NCBI GenBank assembly: GCA_017531625.1
Contig: JAFXKQ010000078.1
Location: forward strand, 1 to 46,081
Source of the DNA: Clostridia bacterium
GTDB taxonomy: Bacteria > Bacillota > Clostridia > Oscillospirales > CAG-382
Reading direction: 5' to 3'
Length of the DNA: 46,081 nt
Shown: one piece after another, positions 37,201 through 43,488 of the stretch
Numbering within the stretch: position 1 is the first letter of the stretch
How the letters are laid out: each line of letters opens with the position of its first letter
The notes under the pieces: model-generated
What the model saw: only the letters and a program-made list of their open reading frames with translations
Told to the model about the DNA's origin: nothing
Database searches by the model: none
Position numbers and translations under genes: made by a program

Positions 37201-37735
37201 GTATTTCATCACTACCGACATTCCTTCTGTTTCCCCCATTGCCAACTCAGATGATTGCAACGTAACGGTTTACCTCAAAAACATTGGTAACGCTGAGGGC
37301 TGTCCAGAGCTTGAATTCCAAAACAAAATTTTTGCCTCCTCCGAGGCAAAGGACCTCCTCACCTACGCATTCGACGGCGATACCTCTGTGTCTCCCGACG
37401 GAGAAGCAAAAATCAGCTTTACCCTCAAGGACACTTTGATAAACAGAGATTCATATTCCACTCTGCGTGTCAGCCTGGGTGAAGGCTACGACCAAGCCAC
37501 CGAAGCTCCTATGCCAAAGCCCGTAAGCCGTTCCATCGAAGACGTTTTGCATGAAAAGGACGAAACCGAGCCCGATTCCTCCGACCCCGACAACAGCGAA
37601 AGCGACGACAGCTCTGCTACCCCGCCTGCGGGCGACAAAGGCACCGTCAACGCTTACGTGTTGTTGGTTGTGGCATCCTTGGCTTTGGTTTATGCACTGA
37701 CTTCCCGCAAGAAAAGCGCAAAATGGGCTGAGTAA
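31241..37735 (+). CDS. very large secreted/cell-surface multidomain protein (2164 aa)
   Basis: Features, in order along the protein:
- N-terminal signal peptide, with cleavage around TAAA/E.
- Calx-beta-like modules: TVKLKVYDNSAEYGKDYLL ... EVSFKEGTATETLTVKLLNDSESEYNESFILVL.
- A Cna-B/carboxypeptidase-regulatory-like motif: GYTDENGYYTIKDF..GGTYSM.
- One canonical BNR Asp-box, SKDNGKTW, at aa 1438-1445, inside a sialidase-like region.
- Two CARDB-like modules near the C-terminus: ALVTLHNSGFHTLNGFTMTV..LLPGRTVEIELK, and CNVTVYLKNIGNAEG.
- An acidic linker, then a C-terminal TM helix and a basic tail. Confidence 0.85.
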   Translation: MKTTRKTAIFSFLMVVCILLNICPTPSNIISTAAAEIPTAQSAESGAGNRIVYSSDNGFGFGESSPSFKENGGSGEIRINRSGEVSSSNTVKLKVYDNSAEYGKDYLLEYGGNEVAKKEDSGSIYNAFRENGVLSSNLPIDSAELFVSYSESSKEEGNASVNSSEMLAQMEELNALVAEIEVSFKEGTATETLTVKLLNDSESEYNESFILVLVGKDGNIIENSQILCSIEDDEEAPSVHVEFTSEAELDADSESGIAEIEFMRSGNLATGTSALLLQDETPIGYVDFSPYQEKQVVLALPGTYRLFSQGEYTVGDSTVTVKGEAKSIKLPEGADPELDSVPPEYSALPYTVQGAPSPDKFAEWARNGASETDEYIIVMGDSNNQLFTKDPSSTDGSLNYLGASNMYRLDTEGGAKKGYLFSRTVKKYDLSGIESVEGTVYVDDLTTGCCDVIFGVWNTEHKKIYTDDNKSTQNLKQDVKVGWGEKYIYYCNSDLDGVWNCGYNAYTPNGFKMNKRKYDIFIMNPEALDYCGVTVAPTIVTGSNKMTYTMGNNKNIAIAYTCSDTYPARLTGFKLFNGNTMNYSGFISLSGSNIVFDQKFLKAYDSAWGYNVTDESNNTRRTISILPVFEKIPVDMTIKESALGSLTLKSPAETPCKGDTLVFEGVSKDTAFPFTGVFYQCRQSEGGEVLAHGVVLKVGDTVTFPLNQNYNHYTFQGVFNSSADRLSVMYAEENPNGKLEASGIVLSGSDYRLSDYYPLMAEPNQGYITLWENSQNFYFGDIYNYQLDGNYLHHDVAVRFVKPGDLLDPSDSNSVIVLETADISGRITRKDWNLFDDTCTEIPLGKTMYTVTTSHGNYCGYTDENGYYTIKDFTAVKGGTYSMAVNYQERVGFMDFVFDGEDGDYDISLPQFAVGGFYPVEVTATVSGVGYGSNTLSLTSAGTVQIASKIYLQTNDYKITKVEYSFCSTLSSNYGDELASMSAKFNENANVGDNYQLWTLDLSETTAVPINTAIYVTVTAEYTNDAGATVKSTIDPVNSGYNVVEALNEQTVPIQQDIPYIPGIQDTSSGHEVNEIPIIGALHMSVSSRTGGYFIQTGSWSKPGDTYTLVCGHSIQPHYLSGTLESKHEAAKKTSQTLKDVRNKEPQGKANLKQLASANMEIEPIFMLKFTIETRDDGEGGTDHHLIGFELALGIDTYINKNIPFSIYGVPCYFCISLQSEAFLQLQTTFPEGVRLGDPIDRVVSDMINEGIADIDAFVAAPILNFGLKGGVGYNGWLSVFGEGHINAPFVLCFSPIGAAGALEAEIAVGADLALFTAKFEADIDIVEYGDKALLEDLKTIQGNQNLSTFTLSSGESYDNFEDAVNNMTFSVIPRPKSDNSILHAGPINQTVLAEGVFKNTKIQLVNLKNGNIMALFLTDNRAPDGSLNYLSAAYSISKDNGKTWSSVECISENTNAENSSLQFDINVFELDDRILVTWSEADLDSMIQDMDVNNLSAAEIAKLISAMNLCGRFFDNEGSAISDAFVIAENSTVFCGALDAVRNDDKVYVYYQRNALVADENTTIESLISSERTIALACLDINAPDASRSVPVRAVTEEGSQYRIVEVVPFVHKGVMGEIMVIDRNGKLLIPDYESGEMVADAEDRQLFLRTYSFDENGVPYVTSFMPITDDYDCNQSPQVVTNGEDMYLFWNRNGEIVYTSDLVARETDSEAVRNSAFVLIDSQGDYTVASPKENGFSSIDGDESFHVGSKFTVSMSEEGKVFICWVGTDYEDTSIIPTDEIYGVMLEKRLVSEVMSMTENGSNTVESKSADKDAPDGEHQLWAVGSPVALTDEDRPIGALDSICFENGKESKYLLAYTRFNNLLRNESTSADIMALRSVDRPELSAEIAFPKYPTPDSEETALVTLHNSGFHTLNGFTMTVSGVGKTQTATVDKPLLPGRTVEIELKLKVPADFASDEALKLSVSGLGEQSVYKAEAETEVLYGSYFITTDIPSVSPIANSDDCNVTVYLKNIGNAEGCPELEFQNKIFASSEAKDLLTYAFDGDTSVSPDGEAKISFTLKDTLINRDSYSTLRVSLGEGYDQATEAPMPKPVSRSIEDVLHEKDETEPDSSDPDNSESDDSSATPPAGDKGTVNAYVLLVVASLALVYALTSRKKSAKWAE

Positions 37736-37840
37736 AGCCTGAGCCTAAGACGGGCTGAACAAGGACAAATCCGAGTTCAGCCCTGCAAGGAAAAATCCGA
37801 ATTCACCACTGACGGGCTGACTTAAACACAAACTAAAAAG

Positions 37841-37920
37841 CAAAACAAAAATCCACCCGATCTGATTGCTTCTCCAAAGGAATTGACCTTTGGTGCATGT
37901 CATTCGGGTGGATGTTTAAT
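37841..37920. terminator. bidirectional nested-hairpin terminator between the giant gene and the convergent ABC operon
   Basis: Outer stem ATCCACCCGA (37851-37860) / TCGGGTGGAT (37904-37913), inner hairpin CCAAAGG-aattgac-CCTTTGG. An A-run lies on the left (a T-run for the minus strand) and GTTTAATT on the right. Confidence 0.6.
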
Positions 37921-37969
37921 TGTCCTTAATTGTCTTTATTTGTCTTTAACCGTCTCTTAGTTGTCTTTG
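37918..37969. repeat. five phased 10-11 bp copies of (T/A)TGTCTTT-like motif
   Basis: The copies are taaTTGTCCT taaTTGTCTTT aTTTGTCTTT aaCCGTCTCT tagTTGTCTTT. They lie between the ATPase stop codon and the terminator hairpin. Confidence 0.7.
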
Positions 37970-37980
37970 AATCGGCTTAA

Positions 37981-38742
37981 TTAAAGCACCTTTGAAAGGA
38001 ACTCCTGAGTTCTCGGATGCTTAGGATTACCAAACACCTGCTCCGGCGTACCCTGCTCTGCGATTTTGCCCCCGTCCATAAACAGAATTCTGTCAGCGAC
38101 TTCACGGGCAAACCCCATTTCGTGGGTAACGATAACCATTGTCATTCCCTCGTGTGCAAGCTCTTTAATGAGGTCAAGCACCTCTCCAACCATTTCGGGG
38201 TCAAGAGCTGAGGTAGGCTCGTCAAACAGAATTACCTTCGGGTTCATAGCAAGGGCTCTCGCAATGGCAACTCTCTGCTTCTGACCGCCGGAAAGAGTCG
38301 AGGGGTAAACCTCCGCCTTGTCCGTAAGCCCAATGCGTGCAAGAAGTGCCATAGCTCTCTCGTTTTCTCTTGCGACGATCTCCTTTTTCGCCTTACGCCT
38401 TTGTTTGAAAGGCAAAGCCTTCAAGGCGTGACGAACGGGAGCGAGAGTAATGTTTTCGATAACCTTCTTGTTATTGAAAAGGTTAAACTGTTGAAACACC
38501 ATTCCGATGTGCTGTCTGTGCTTGTTGATGTCAACCTTAGGGTCAGCCAAATCCACGTCTTCGAAAATAATCGAACCCGCCGTAGGGTCTTCCATGCAGT
38601 TCAGACAACGGAGGAAAGTACTTTTACCGCTTCCTGAGGGGCCGATAATGACAACACGTTCGCCCTCATGAATCGTCTCTGTGATGTCGTCAAGGACAGT
38701 AAGATCACCATAGCGTTTCGTAAGATTAAGAACGTCTATCAC
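37981..38742 (-). CDS. amino-acid ABC transporter ATP-binding protein (GlnQ/ArtP-like)
   Basis: Walker [10 protein letters not shown], signature LSGGQKQR and Walker [13 protein letters not shown] prefer the GTG at 38742 (AAAGGAGG 10 nt upstream, N-terminus [12 protein letters not shown]) over the GTG at 38775. Confidence 0.9.
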   Translation of the reverse strand: MIDVLNLTKRYGDLTVLDDITETIHEGERVVIIGPSGSGKSTFLRCLNCMEDPTAGSIIFEDVDLADPKVDINKHRQHIGMVFQQFNLFNNKKVIENITLAPVRHALKALPFKQRRKAKKEIVARENERAMALLARIGLTDKAEVYPSTLSGGQKQRVAIARALAMNPKVILFDEPTSALDPEMVGEVLDLIKELAHEGMTMVIVTHEMGFAREVADRILFMDGGKIAEQGTPEQVFGNPKHPRTQEFLSKVL

Positions 38743-39427
38743 TTCTTCTGAGCCTCCTTTCAAGCAATCTGACACCGAGGGTAATTATCATAACAAGGAT
38801 AAGATAAATCGCCGCAAGCATCAAATACGGAATTATGTACTCGTAATTCGAGTCGCCAATCTGCCTGAAAGCCTTAGTCACGTCTACAACGGAAATAAAG
38901 CTTGCCACAGAGGTCTCTTTGATAAGGGAAATAAATTCGTTACCGAGGGTGGGCAGGATGTTCTTGACCGCCTGAGGGATAACGACCTTCATCATAGAGG
39001 TTGAGTAGTTAAGTCCCAACGCCCTTGCCGCCTCCATCTGACCGATGTCAACAGCCTGGATACCGCTTCGCATGGTTTCGGAAACGTAGGCAGCGGAATT
39101 CATACCGTAAATGACAATCGCAGCATAAACCGCTTCTACCCTAAGTCCCAAAGCGGGCAAAAGCACGAAGTAACCGATGAGTAGCTGAACAACCAGCGGA
39201 GTACCTCTGAAAAAGCCCACGTAAATGTCGCAGATAACGGACAGAACTTTAAGAGCGGGATTGCGCTTGGGAACTACTTTAACAGTCGCAATAAGCGTAC
39301 CGATAAGGATACCTATAATAAGACCTATAACGGCAATTTGCAGTGTGACAACAAGACCGTCCACAACGGTTTTCCAACCGCCGTAAACGATGAACTTATT
39401 ATAAAAGACTTCCCACGCTGCTCCCAT
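38726..39427 (-). CDS. amino-acid ABC transporter permease (His/Glu/Gln/Arg/opine family)
   Basis: Has the EAA-like coupling loop ([22 protein letters not shown]) and 5 TM segments. Sits between the SBP and ATPase genes. Confidence 0.9.
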   Translation of the reverse strand: MGAAWEVFYNKFIVYGGWKTVVDGLVVTLQIAVIGLIIGILIGTLIATVKVVPKRNPALKVLSVICDIYVGFFRGTPLVVQLLIGYFVLLPALGLRVEAVYAAIVIYGMNSAAYVSETMRSGIQAVDIGQMEAARALGLNYSTSMMKVVIPQAVKNILPTLGNEFISLIKETSVASFISVVDVTKAFRQIGDSNYEYIIPYLMLAAIYLILVMIITLGVRLLERRLRRSDRRS

Positions 39428-39433
39428 AACCGA

Positions 39434-40291
39434 TTAGCCCTTCAAGCCCTTCAATACGTCAAGTACTTCTTCAGTAGTCTTGCAAGAGTCAAAAGTGGTG
39501 TCATCAGCCTTAGCGATGATAACCTGGTAAGCGTCTGTGAAGTAGCTGTCTGTGAAGTTAACAACCTTCTTACGTGCAGCGTTAATTGTCATGCCTGCGA
39601 TACCAACGTCAACGCCGTTCTTACCGAGAGCGCCGGTGATAGCCTCAAAGTCCATGTTCATGATAACGAGTTCCATGCCGAGTTCGTCAGCAACGAGCTT
39701 AGCGATTTCCATGTCGATGCCTGCAAAGCCGTCGCCCACAACGAATTCGAAGGGAGCGAATGCAGCGTTGGTAGCAACAACGAGCTGGTCCTTGTTTGCA
39801 TCATAAGTGCCTGCGGGAATGGGAGTGCCTGCCCAGTCCTTGGAGTTGTTATCATCAACGTTTGCATAGCTGTCGATGATAGCGGTGATATCGTCAGCCT
39901 TGTCAGCAAGAACGCCGTTGATCTTCTCAAGAAGTTCAGGCTGGTTCTTGTCAACAGCGATACCGTAAGATTCGGTGGTAAGAGCGATGTCGATAACCTT
40001 GAAGCCTTCGTTGCTTGCAACCAGGCTCTTAGCTACGTCAGCGTCGATAACAACGTACTTAACGTTGCCTGCTTCAACGTCTTTAAGCGCAAGACCTGCG
40101 TTGTCGTAGGAAGCAACTTCTACGTTGGAGAAGCCGTCAAAGCCCCAATCAGCGTCGCCGGCCATAAAGCTGTAACCTGTGGTGCCGGACTGTACGCCCA
40201 CCTTAACCTTTGCGTCGCCGCCGCAGGAAGCGAGGCAAACAACGAAACAAACTGCCATAAGCAGTGCAACGATTTTGCTGAATTTGTTCAT
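39434..40291 (-). CDS. amino-acid-binding lipoprotein of the ABC transporter (SBP_bac_3-like, circularly permuted order)
   Basis: ATG at 40291 with AAGGAGAG RBS; the track start at 40387 is unlikely. Lipobox LASCGG. Both halves of a GlnH-like fold are present but in swapped order (see findings). Confidence 0.85.
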   Translation of the reverse strand: MNKFSKIVALLMAVCFVVCLASCGGDAKVKVGVQSGTTGYSFMAGDADWGFDGFSNVEVASYDNAGLALKDVEAGNVKYVVIDADVAKSLVASNEGFKVIDIALTTESYGIAVDKNQPELLEKINGVLADKADDITAIIDSYANVDDNNSKDWAGTPIPAGTYDANKDQLVVATNAAFAPFEFVVGDGFAGIDMEIAKLVADELGMELVIMNMDFEAITGALGKNGVDVGIAGMTINAARKKVVNFTDSYFTDAYQVIIAKADDTTFDSCKTTEEVLDVLKGLKG

Positions 40292-40346
40292 AAGAATCTC
40301 TCCTTTTTGTAGTCCCGTACTGTGCACGGGCTTTTTTAACCCAGTT

Positions 40347-40375
40347 ATTATACAGCAGTAATGAATAAAAATCAA
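40347..40375 (-). promoter_or_regulatory. sigma-A type promoter of the ABC transporter operon
   Basis: Minus strand reads TTGATT (40375-40370), a 17-nt spacer, then TATAAT (40352-40347). The 5' UTR contains a short hairpin, CCCGT-gcacagt-ACGGG. Confidence 0.6.
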
Positions 40376-40440
40376 TACCTTATTCAACTAAATAATCAAA
40401 ATTTGTGCCGTTTTTTCGCCAAAAGGACGAGATTTCAAGC

Positions 40441-41400
40441 TTAAAGCCCAAAAACCTCGTTGATCAGACTGTTCATTTCAATGAATCCTGTTGCAAGATT
40501 TATTCGGTTTCTCAGGAAAGCCGAATTTTTCCTCCCCTTCGAGTACCACGCAATGTGCTTGCGAGCTTCGAGGATCGCAACGTCCTCGCCCTTGATTTCC
40601 ACCAACCGCTTTAAATGGAGTTTTGCGGTGGCGCATTTTTCCTCATCGGAGAGCTCTGTGTAAGCCTTCCCCTCAAGAACCGCCGCAACCTCTGCGAAAA
40701 TCCACGGTCTGCCGAGAGCTCCCCGCCCGAGCATCAAAGCGTCAGCTCCGGTTTCAGCCAAAGCCCTTAAAGCGCTTTCTCCGTCAACCACGTCTCCGTT
40801 TGCGATAACGGGAACATTTACCGCTTCCTTTACCGCCTTGATAACAGCAAGGTCAGCCTTGCCCGAATACATCTGTTCTCTTGTTCTGCCGTGAACCGCA
40901 ATAAAGGAAACCCCCGCCTGTTCAACAGCCGTGGCAACCTCTACGGCGTTTATGCTTTTAGAATCAAAGCCCGCACGGATCTTAACGCTTACGGGAACAT
41001 TAACAGCTCCAACCACAGCCTTTACGATTTCAGCGCAAAGCTTCGGGTTCTTCATCAGCGCACTTCCCTCTCCGCTTTTCACGCACTTCGGAACGGGACA
41101 GCCCATGTTGATGTCAATGGCAGCAGGCTCGTACTTCAAAAGCTCCGCCGCCGCCTTTGCCATAAACTCACTCTCGCTCCCGAAAATCTGAAGCGAGGTG
41201 TGTTTTCCCTCCCCGTTTTCCAGCCTGGCAAGTGAATCGGTCTTTTTGTCGCCGTAACAAACAGCCTTTGCGGAAACCATTTCGCTCACCGTAAAATCCG
41301 CACCGTAATCAAAGCAGATTTTCCTGAACGCAGCATCGGTGATCCCCGCCATGGGAGCTAAAATCAGCCCGTTTTTTAATTCCAATCCGTTTATCTTCAT
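40441..41400 (-). CDS. dus: tRNA-dihydrouridine synthase (DusB-like)
   Basis: LAPMAGITDAAFR, DINMGCPVPK and IANGDV are Dus family motifs. Confidence 0.9.
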   Translation of the reverse strand: MKINGLELKNGLILAPMAGITDAAFRKICFDYGADFTVSEMVSAKAVCYGDKKTDSLARLENGEGKHTSLQIFGSESEFMAKAAAELLKYEPAAIDINMGCPVPKCVKSGEGSALMKNPKLCAEIVKAVVGAVNVPVSVKIRAGFDSKSINAVEVATAVEQAGVSFIAVHGRTREQMYSGKADLAVIKAVKEAVNVPVIANGDVVDGESALRALAETGADALMLGRGALGRPWIFAEVAAVLEGKAYTELSDEEKCATAKLHLKRLVEIKGEDVAILEARKHIAWYSKGRKNSAFLRNRINLATGFIEMNSLINEVFGL

Positions 41401-41403
41401 AAA

Positions 41404-43458
41404 TCAGTTAAAAATCTCCTTAGAGCCGTTCTCGTCGAAAAAGCTGTCAACAGCTGTGTAAATCATTCTCAGGTCCTCGGCCGTGTAGCCTGCACCGACC
41501 TCAATTTCATCTATTGCCTTGTGCGTTTGCTCAATCAAGGGCATGTCAGCCATGCTTGCATGCTTAAATCTCAGCTCGCCACTCTGTCTGCTGCCGAAAA
41601 AGTCGCCGGGGCCACGTTGAAGCAAATCGGCGTTTGCCACCTCGAACCCGTTGTTTGTCTGACTCATTACCGACAGACGTTCCATTGACTTTTCGCTACC
41701 CTTTCCGGTCATAAGGATACAGTAGCTCTTTTTTGTTCCTCTGCCCACACGTCCTCTGAGCTGATGAAGCTGTGAAAGCCCGTAACACTCCGCATTTTCA
41801 ACGAGCATAACCGTGGCATTGGGCACATTCACCCCGACCTCAACAACGGTTGTCGACACAAGAACCGAAACCTCACCCGCCGCAAATGCTTTCATCGCAC
41901 GGTCCTTGTCTGCGCTCTTCATCCGCCCGTGAAGGAATTCGGCTCTCACGTTGGGCAAGTAACTTTGCATAAGCTCTGCGTACGCCTCAACGCTTTTTCG
42001 GTCAAGCTCTTCGTTTTCCTCAACCAGAGGGCAAATAATGTAAGCCTGGGAGCCGGCACCAATCTGCTTTTTCAAGAAAGCAAAAACCGCTTCCCGCTTC
42101 TCATCGCTGTACGCCTTGGTTTCAATCTTCTGACGCCCTGCGGGTAACTCGTCAATGATGCTGATGTCCATGTCCCCATAAAGAACAAGGGACAGCGATC
42201 TCGGAATGGGAGTAGCAGACATTACAAGGGAATGGGGTTGCCTTTCAGCGTTTTTTTCAGCAAGAGCCGCCCGCTGAACCACACCAAAACGGTGCTGTTC
42301 GTCGGTAATCACAAGGCCGAGGGAACAGTACTCCACGTCCTTTTGAATCACGGCGTTAGTCCCCACTACAATGTCAACCGAACCGTTTTTTAGCCCCTCT
42401 TTTATTTTCTTTTTATTTTTGGCAGGCGTGCTTCCAAGCAACAGCTCCACACTTATGTCCAAGCCCTCGTAAAGCTTTGTAAGCGTGTCAAAATGTTGAG
42501 AAGCGAGAATCTCTGTCGGCACCATCAAAACGCATTGATAAGAATTTTTTACTGCAAAGAGCATCGCCCCCGCCGCAATCACCGTCTTTCCGCTTCCCAC
42601 GTCGCCCTGAACCAAACGCCTCATGGGAACCGACCTGCAAAGGTCGCCAAGCACTTCCTTAACCGTACGCTGTTGCGCACCCGTAAGCTCGTAAGGCAAA
42701 GAAGAGAAAAACCGCCCAATTCCCGTATCCTTGTAACTCATTGCGGGCGCATTAAAAGTCTCAAGCTTGCCTCTGAGCCTTCTCACCGCAAGCTGAAAAA
42801 CCAACAGCTCCTCAAAAGCAAGGCTGTGCTTTGCCTTTGCAACCTCTTCCATGCTTTTGGGAAAATGAAGCGCCCTGTAAGCATCACGTCGGCTCATCAA
42901 GCCATGCTTTTCCCTTAAAGACTGCGGTAAAGTTTCGGGCAACAAATCAATAAGACACGCCGCCTCACGCATGGCACCGGAAACCGCCCCCTGCGTCAGT
43001 CCCTTGGTTAAGGGATAAACGGGCAGGATGCTCGGAAGCTCCGGATTGTACACTTCCATCTCGGGGGAACTCATTTCGAGGCAGTAAGAACCGTAGTTCA
43101 GCTTTCCGTAAAACCTGAATCTCCTACCTACAACGATGGATTTTTCAAGCCACGGCTGATTAAAAAAAGTCACCTCAACGCTTCCGCTTTCGTCTCCTGC
43201 GGTAAATTTTATGTAACTGATTCCACTCCTCATGCTGCGTGACAAAACAGGAGCAGACCGCACCGTGAGCAAAAGAGCGCAATTCTCCCCCTCGGGGCAC
43301 TCAGAAACAAGCTTAATGTTCCCTCTGTCCTCATAGCTTCGTGGAAAGAAGCCGATAAGCTCGCCCGCCGTCACAAGCCCAAGCTTTGCAAAGCAAGCGT
43401 TTTTTGCTTCTCCAACTCCCCGTAAAAACCTTATCGGAGTAGAAAACTCAACAGCCAA
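41404..43458 (-). CDS. recG: ATP-dependent DNA helicase RecG
   Basis: Wedge/OB N-terminal region, then helicase motifs QGDVGSGKT, DEQHRFGV and HGRM, and a C-terminal TRG-like QLRGRVGRG. TTG start with GGAGGG RBS. Confidence 0.92.
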   Translation of the reverse strand: MAVEFSTPIRFLRGVGEAKNACFAKLGLVTAGELIGFFPRSYEDRGNIKLVSECPEGENCALLLTVRSAPVLSRSMRSGISYIKFTAGDESGSVEVTFFNQPWLEKSIVVGRRFRFYGKLNYGSYCLEMSSPEMEVYNPELPSILPVYPLTKGLTQGAVSGAMREAACLIDLLPETLPQSLREKHGLMSRRDAYRALHFPKSMEEVAKAKHSLAFEELLVFQLAVRRLRGKLETFNAPAMSYKDTGIGRFFSSLPYELTGAQQRTVKEVLGDLCRSVPMRRLVQGDVGSGKTVIAAGAMLFAVKNSYQCVLMVPTEILASQHFDTLTKLYEGLDISVELLLGSTPAKNKKKIKEGLKNGSVDIVVGTNAVIQKDVEYCSLGLVITDEQHRFGVVQRAALAEKNAERQPHSLVMSATPIPRSLSLVLYGDMDISIIDELPAGRQKIETKAYSDEKREAVFAFLKKQIGAGSQAYIICPLVEENEELDRKSVEAYAELMQSYLPNVRAEFLHGRMKSADKDRAMKAFAAGEVSVLVSTTVVEVGVNVPNATVMLVENAECYGLSQLHQLRGRVGRGTKKSYCILMTGKGSEKSMERLSVMSQTNNGFEVANADLLQRGPGDFFGSRQSGELRFKHASMADMPLIEQTHKAIDEIEVGAGYTAEDLRMIYTAVDSFFDENGSKEIFN

Positions 43459-43488
43459 AACCGTAACCCTCCGTTTTTTGTCTAAGCT

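Noticed and set aside
39338-40312. 324-aa ORF on the plus strand
   Set aside because: It is antisense to the substrate-binding protein gene and part of the permease gene. It is a shadow ORF with no recognisable motifs.
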